A stretch of DNA of 56,167 nt from Fonticula alba ATCC 38817 (Eukaryota > Protista > Nucleariida): the NCBI GenBank assembly GCA_000388065.2, contig KB932203.1; one strand, written 5' to 3'. The notes beneath the pieces are model-generated. The model was not told the origin of the DNA. It was given only the letters and a program-made list of their open reading frames with translations, and made no database searches. Below, piece after piece: positions 51,801 through 56,167 of the stretch (the stretch's first letter is position 1; each line of letters starts with the position of its first letter). A program made the position numbers and the translations under genes.

Positions 51801-51890
51801 AGATGTCTTCTGTGACCAGTTGGGAGAGAGCTCAACCGCGAAGAAGTCGATGGAGTTTGTTGGATGAGCTTGTTGGATGGCGCGGGTCAA
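48824..51890 (-). CDS. Multi-exon ribonuclease-inhibitor-like leucine-rich-repeat protein with Ser/Asp-rich insertions. Start and some exon boundaries uncertain
   Basis: Repeated LxxLxLxxN units across exons: LRTLDLS, IRSLYLEN, LEVLSL, IRAINLSGNPLGDDSV, LQELDLSRTNI, LRALILADNPLGSDGV, LRVLDISKT, LTHLELSNNPGL. Donors are of the GTGCGC/GTATGC type. Confidence 0.72.
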
Positions 51891-51904
51891 TGGCCTGGGC
51901 GTGG

Positions 51905-51935
<31 letters not shown>

Positions 51936-52974
51936 GGTGGGAGAGAGGCCAGTCTGCCTGGCTGATGTATGGGGCCCGAACCTGATTCACTTTTCACCAT
52001 AATAAAGGAATTTGGAGAAGGGGGAGGGGCGGAGGAAAGCCGCAGAGGGAGAAGGGGGGGAGAGGGTAGAAAGAAGAGAACTAGGGACAAGGGCACAAGA
52101 GTGCAAAGGTGCAAAATAGGGAGGAGAGGGGGTGCTAGGGTGCTGGAAGCTCACGCCAGGGGCGCCAGCCCTTCAGGACAAGGCAAGATGGCACCAAGTG
52201 GAGACAGAATTGCGAGAGGAGTAGGAGGGGGGAGGGGGGGGGAGGGGAGGGGATTCGCTTTCCCCAGGCCCGGGCGGGTGGGAGAGCGTGAGCAGAGGGG
52301 GAAGCTTGTCCACCGGGGCGCCGGGGATATTTCAAAACAATCCATTTGCATACCTCCGTCCTGCATCCGCCCTCCGACAAGAAATCGGACCGAGCCAAGA
52401 GACCGCCCATCTCCGGGATTCCCTGTGGCACCTTGCCTCCTGGGGGGTACCCCCGCCCCCCGATTCTGGGCAGCTCCGGAGCTGGTTGCGGGGCTCAGCG
52501 AATATGTGAGTCGGCCCCTCGGCCCCCCCCCCCCCCCCCGGGGCGTTCCCGGAGGGGGGAGAGGGCGCAGGCGTTAATCGAAGACCGATGGGCGCGGCCA
52601 GGCATTGGCCCGGAGCACACCCGGCCTCAAAGGGCAGAGGGTCTTGCGCTCGTCAGGCCCCTGGGGGATCTCTGTGCCAACAGTTGGCTGCCTGGACCTG
52701 TGNNNNNNNNNNGACCGGCTCCAGGCCCGTGCGCACGTTTTTGTTGTTGCACCCTTGGCGCCGTCTTCAATTCGGAGATTGGGCCGCCACGCGTCCATGC
52801 CTGTTCCTCGCGGCTTCAACGGCTGGGCCCCGAGAGGTGCATGAATGGGTGCCGGAGCGCCGGCAAGTGTGCAGACGGCTGTGCGAGCGAGCATGAGGTG
52901 TGTTATGCTCCCAAGGGCGTGTGTAAAATGACGACTCGGGCCCTGGCAACGTGTGCCCGCCCCCCGGTGCGCAT

Positions 52975-53008
<34 letters not shown>

Positions 53009-53271
53009 TTCCTGCCGTCTCCCAGGCCTCTCGCTTGAGGATTTTCACACATTCTTACTATTACGCCATTGGTGGAGCAAGCCACCAGAGATGTAGGTCC
53101 AGCCGGCCCGTAAGTTCACTCGTCGAATAAATTACAGCCGATCCTCTTCTTACAGCCAGGCGCCCGGCCTTTTCTCGCCCATGACAGAGGCACGCCCACA
53201 GACTGATGCCCTGGCTTCACTCACGTAGACTCACTGCTCTCGCGGTCTCCCCCGTCACACGCACACACTGA

Positions 53272-53306
<35 letters not shown>

Positions 53307-54291
53307 TGTCTTGTCTCGCTTGCTCATCCAGTCGCCTCCTTGGCGGTCACATTGTGTTCTGTGTCTATCCCCCCCCGTCCCCCCTCCCCCTCCCCCCCCA
53401 CACGGCCCCCTTGATGAATTTGCGCACACCAACAGACCAGCAGCCGTTCTGCAGGATACAAGAATGGGAATCAGAACACCTCCGGGCGATATCACATGAG
53501 ACGCGCGCCACCCACATTCCGTCGGCAGTATCGGCCAGCCATTCGCCAATACGGGTAACTGGGTTCTCGTGAGGCGCACTGAGGAGCTCCCTCCGCGGAA
53601 CCGCTGACGCCCCGGGGGGGGGGGGGCGGGGGTGAGTGAAGCAGGTCTGGGCCGAGGGGTGGTCGTCGGGCGATGGGCAAGTCAGGAGAGTGGGCAAGCA
53701 ATCGTCCAAGGCAGGTGCTGGTGACTTCGGGACTGGCGGAGATTCTTCCATCTTCCTGCGCGTGTCTTGGGGGAGCATGCGTGGCGGCGTGTGCCACGGC
53801 GCTGTGCCCCCTTCCGCTTGTACCTGCCTTCCTTGGGCAGAGCTGGGTGACCCAGCCGGGTATTATTTGCTGCTGGGCGCTGTCTTGCGTATGTGTGTGT
53901 GTGTGTGTGTGTGTGCGCATGAGGGGGTATCACCCAATGGTCCCTGTTGCGTCTCCTGCTTCCCCGCGGCGTGTGGTGCAAGCGAACACCGCCGGCTTCC
54001 TTTCGGAACCCTTCAGGTTGATCGACGTGGGGCCGCCCCCAGGGATGGGGGCTCCTCGTGCCTCGATGATGGCCAGAGGGGTGTGTGGTGGCAGTGCGCG
54101 TCGGAGCCCTCAGCCCGAGCCTGCTGAAAAGAGCCCCAGCTTGGGAGCCTCGGACGGATGTGCCTCTCAGCATCCTCCCCTTCCCCCCCTCCCCCTCCGA
54201 GTCGCGTCCTATCTACTCGCGTCTCCCCCCTCCCGCCCCCTCTCCCGCCTCCTCTTTCTTTCTCCCCCTTTCCCCGAACATCGCCTTCCCA

Positions 54292-54855
54292 ATGTCCGAG
54301 GAGAAGCCCCAGATCAAGTCCGACGTCGTGTCCATCAAGGTCATGAACCAGGTGCGCTTCCTTCCCTTTCTTTTGTGTCCCGGATCTTCCTGCTTTCGCA
54401 CCAATCGGTGTCCTGACCCCTTCTCCTGCCCCGCCTCCCCCCTGTCCCACGACAACGCGCATATAGGACCAGTCGGCCATCACTTTCAAGCTTAAGCGCA
54501 CCATGCCCCTGCGCAAGGTCATCGACGCCTACTGCGAGCGCATGGGCATCCAGAAGTCCGGCTTCCGGTTCTGCTTCGACGGTGAGCGTATCCACGAGGA
54601 CCAGACCCCGGAGGAGGTGTGTTCTTTCTCCCCTTTGGGGACCCCCTGTCGGCAGCATCGCCCTGCCATCCACGCCACGCCCCGCGTCCCCTTGTGGCGA
54701 CATCTCCCCGGGCTTGTGATGATTAACCCACCCCCACATTTACCCGCCCTTTCTCGCCTTTCTCCACCCTCCCCCCCCTCCCGTCGTTCCAGCTTGACAT
54801 GCAGGATGATGACATCATCGAGGTGATGCTCATGCAGGTCGGTGGCTCCAACTAG
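54292..54855 (+). CDS. SMT3: Small ubiquitin-like modifier (SUMO), exons 54292-54351, 54467-54616, 54793-54855, 90 aa
   Basis: FKLKRTMPLRKVIDAYC.R.G, FRFCFDGERI..DQTPEELDMQDDDIIEV and a C-terminal QVGG followed by a 2-residue extension (SN). Confidence 0.92.
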
Positions 54856-55123
54856 GCACTCGTGCTGCTTGGTTGCCGCCTTCCTCGATGCATTCCGTAG
54901 CCCGATTTTACCCTCCTCGGGGCCGGGCTCTGCTTCCTTCCGCCTTTTCAAATTCCCCGGCCACACACACCCTCTTTTATCTTTCTCCTCCTCGTCTCTC
55001 TCTCTCTCTCTCTCTCTCCATCCCATGTTGTGTCCGCCATTGCCTCCCTCGATATGAACCATTGCGTGGCGGCTTCACTATTGTGTGTACTCGTGCGCAT
55101 GTTTCCTCCCCTTTCTCTGTACC

Positions 55124-55129
55124 AATAAA
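55124..55129 (+). promoter_or_regulatory. Candidate polyadenylation signal AATAAA downstream of SUMO
   Basis: AATAAA about 270 nt after the stop. Unverified. Confidence 0.25.
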
Positions 55130-55828
55130 GACCCCTCTCTTTGCTATCGGCTTCTGTTCCTGGTTCCCCAACAGGTGCTCCCCTCCGGCGGCCTTGCCTC
55201 CATGTCCCCCTTCGGGGATTGCCCATCCTTTTGGCGGAAAGTGCCTGCCTCGCCGGGCCACGGAGCCGGCGTCTCGGATGGCGAGGGAGAGGGGGCAGCA
55301 AGGAGGCGATTGGGCCAGGCAGGGCTGGTGCCAATATCAAATCACGTGATGAGGGCGTCGATTGATGCCCAATCAGCACTCGACGATCTCTCTCTCTCGT
55401 TCTCTCTCCCTGCCCTCGGGTCGCGCCTATTTTCGGCGGCTTCTTCGCGGAGTCCCTGCTCCGGGCATATGTGGGCGTGTTGTGTGCGTGTTTCTGTGTG
55501 TTTGCCTTCCGAGGTGTGTCTGTCATGTCGCTCGTGCTCTGGCCCACACACGCACACGCTAGACACACCTGCCGGGGTTCAGCCCGAGGGACTTGCCGGG
55601 CTGGGGAGCGACGTGCGAGCCCGGCCGACTGTCCTGGCGCTTTGTCCAGTGGCCGTGGATTTGATCCGAGGACCATTTCAGCGATCTGCCCATTTGGATG
55701 GGACCTTCCCGCCGAACGAGTTACCTGCCCGCCCCTTCTCCTCGCCCCCTTTGCGCCACTTTCTCCCCATTTTGTCATTCTCCTACCTCCCCCCTTCCCC
55801 CGCCACGGCGATTGCACTGAGGCGCACC

Positions 55829-56071
55829 ATGCCGCGCGGGACTCGTCTCGTCTCCCTGGCTCTCGGCCTACTGGCTGCCCTGCTGGCTGCTCTGGCCGGC
55901 CCGGTGGCGATGGTGGCCGCGGCGCCTCACCGCGATGTCGATGTCTCAGCAAGCGCAGTCGGATCGGCACACGCCGCGGCCGACTCGGCTTACTCCTTCT
56001 TCACAACCAATGCCGGGGCCGCGGCTGCCGGTGACCGTGGTGACGGCCACTCCAACAACTGGCTCGTGCTG
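55829..56071 (+). CDS. GPI8: First exon of GPI-anchor transamidase catalytic subunit (peptidase C13, GPI8/PIG-K), continuing beyond the window
   Basis: Hydrophobic signal peptide, then GHSNNWLVL ending at a GTATGG donor. This matches the GPI8 N-terminal motif HTNNWAVLV. Only a short motif is visible. Confidence 0.65.
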
Positions 56072-56167
56072 GTATGGGCTCTTTTTCCGCCTCCTCTCGT
56101 CAAGTTGCCGCGCCGCCGGTTCCCCAGCCCGCCGAAAATCCTCCCTGCTCCTTGGTAACCCCCCTCT

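Noticed and set aside
53365-54173. Possible small minus-strand gene upstream of SUMO with an Arg-rich, presequence-like start (MLRGTSVRGSQAG...)
   Set aside because: No recognisable domain and no local codon bias. The needed donor (GTGATA) and a plus-strand GTAAGT at 53110 both violate the donor consensus seen in all verified genes.

Overview
This is GC-rich, intron-rich eukaryotic nuclear DNA from a draft scaffold with 10 N-gaps. Most gaps abut poly-G/C or microsatellite tracts. Introns are short (about 70-280 nt), full of (CT)n/(CA)n/(GT)n and C-runs, and coding exons strongly prefer C-ending codons. By manual splicing I find 14 protein-coding loci. In order: fatty acyl-CoA reductase (+), CCCH-zinc-finger/DUF1771/Smr protein (+), a partial WD40 protein (-), RPL10 (+), SDH4/SDHD (-), DPH1 (-), V-ATPase subunit B (-), mitochondrial calcium uniporter MCU (-), topoisomerase IB with a very long low-complexity N-terminus (-), glycine decarboxylase P protein with its 5' end missing (-), a filamin/ABP-120-like protein (+), the 3' exon of TFIIA-gamma (+), an RI-like LRR protein (-) and SUMO (+). 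The first exon of a 15th gene, GPI8/PIG-K (+), lies at the window end. Gene content and intron style suggest a unicellular opisthokont near fungi (Fonticula-like), but this is inference only. I see no supportable tRNA, rRNA, CRISPR array or mobile element, and no clustered novel pathway. The most distinctive signal is the 5' splice-site consensus GT(G/A)(C/T)G(T/C): by my count none of 39 donors has the canonical +4 A (30 C, 9 T), which hints at an altered U1/U6 recognition system. A V-ATPase B fragment duplicated inside the last DPH1 intron is most likely a misassembly.
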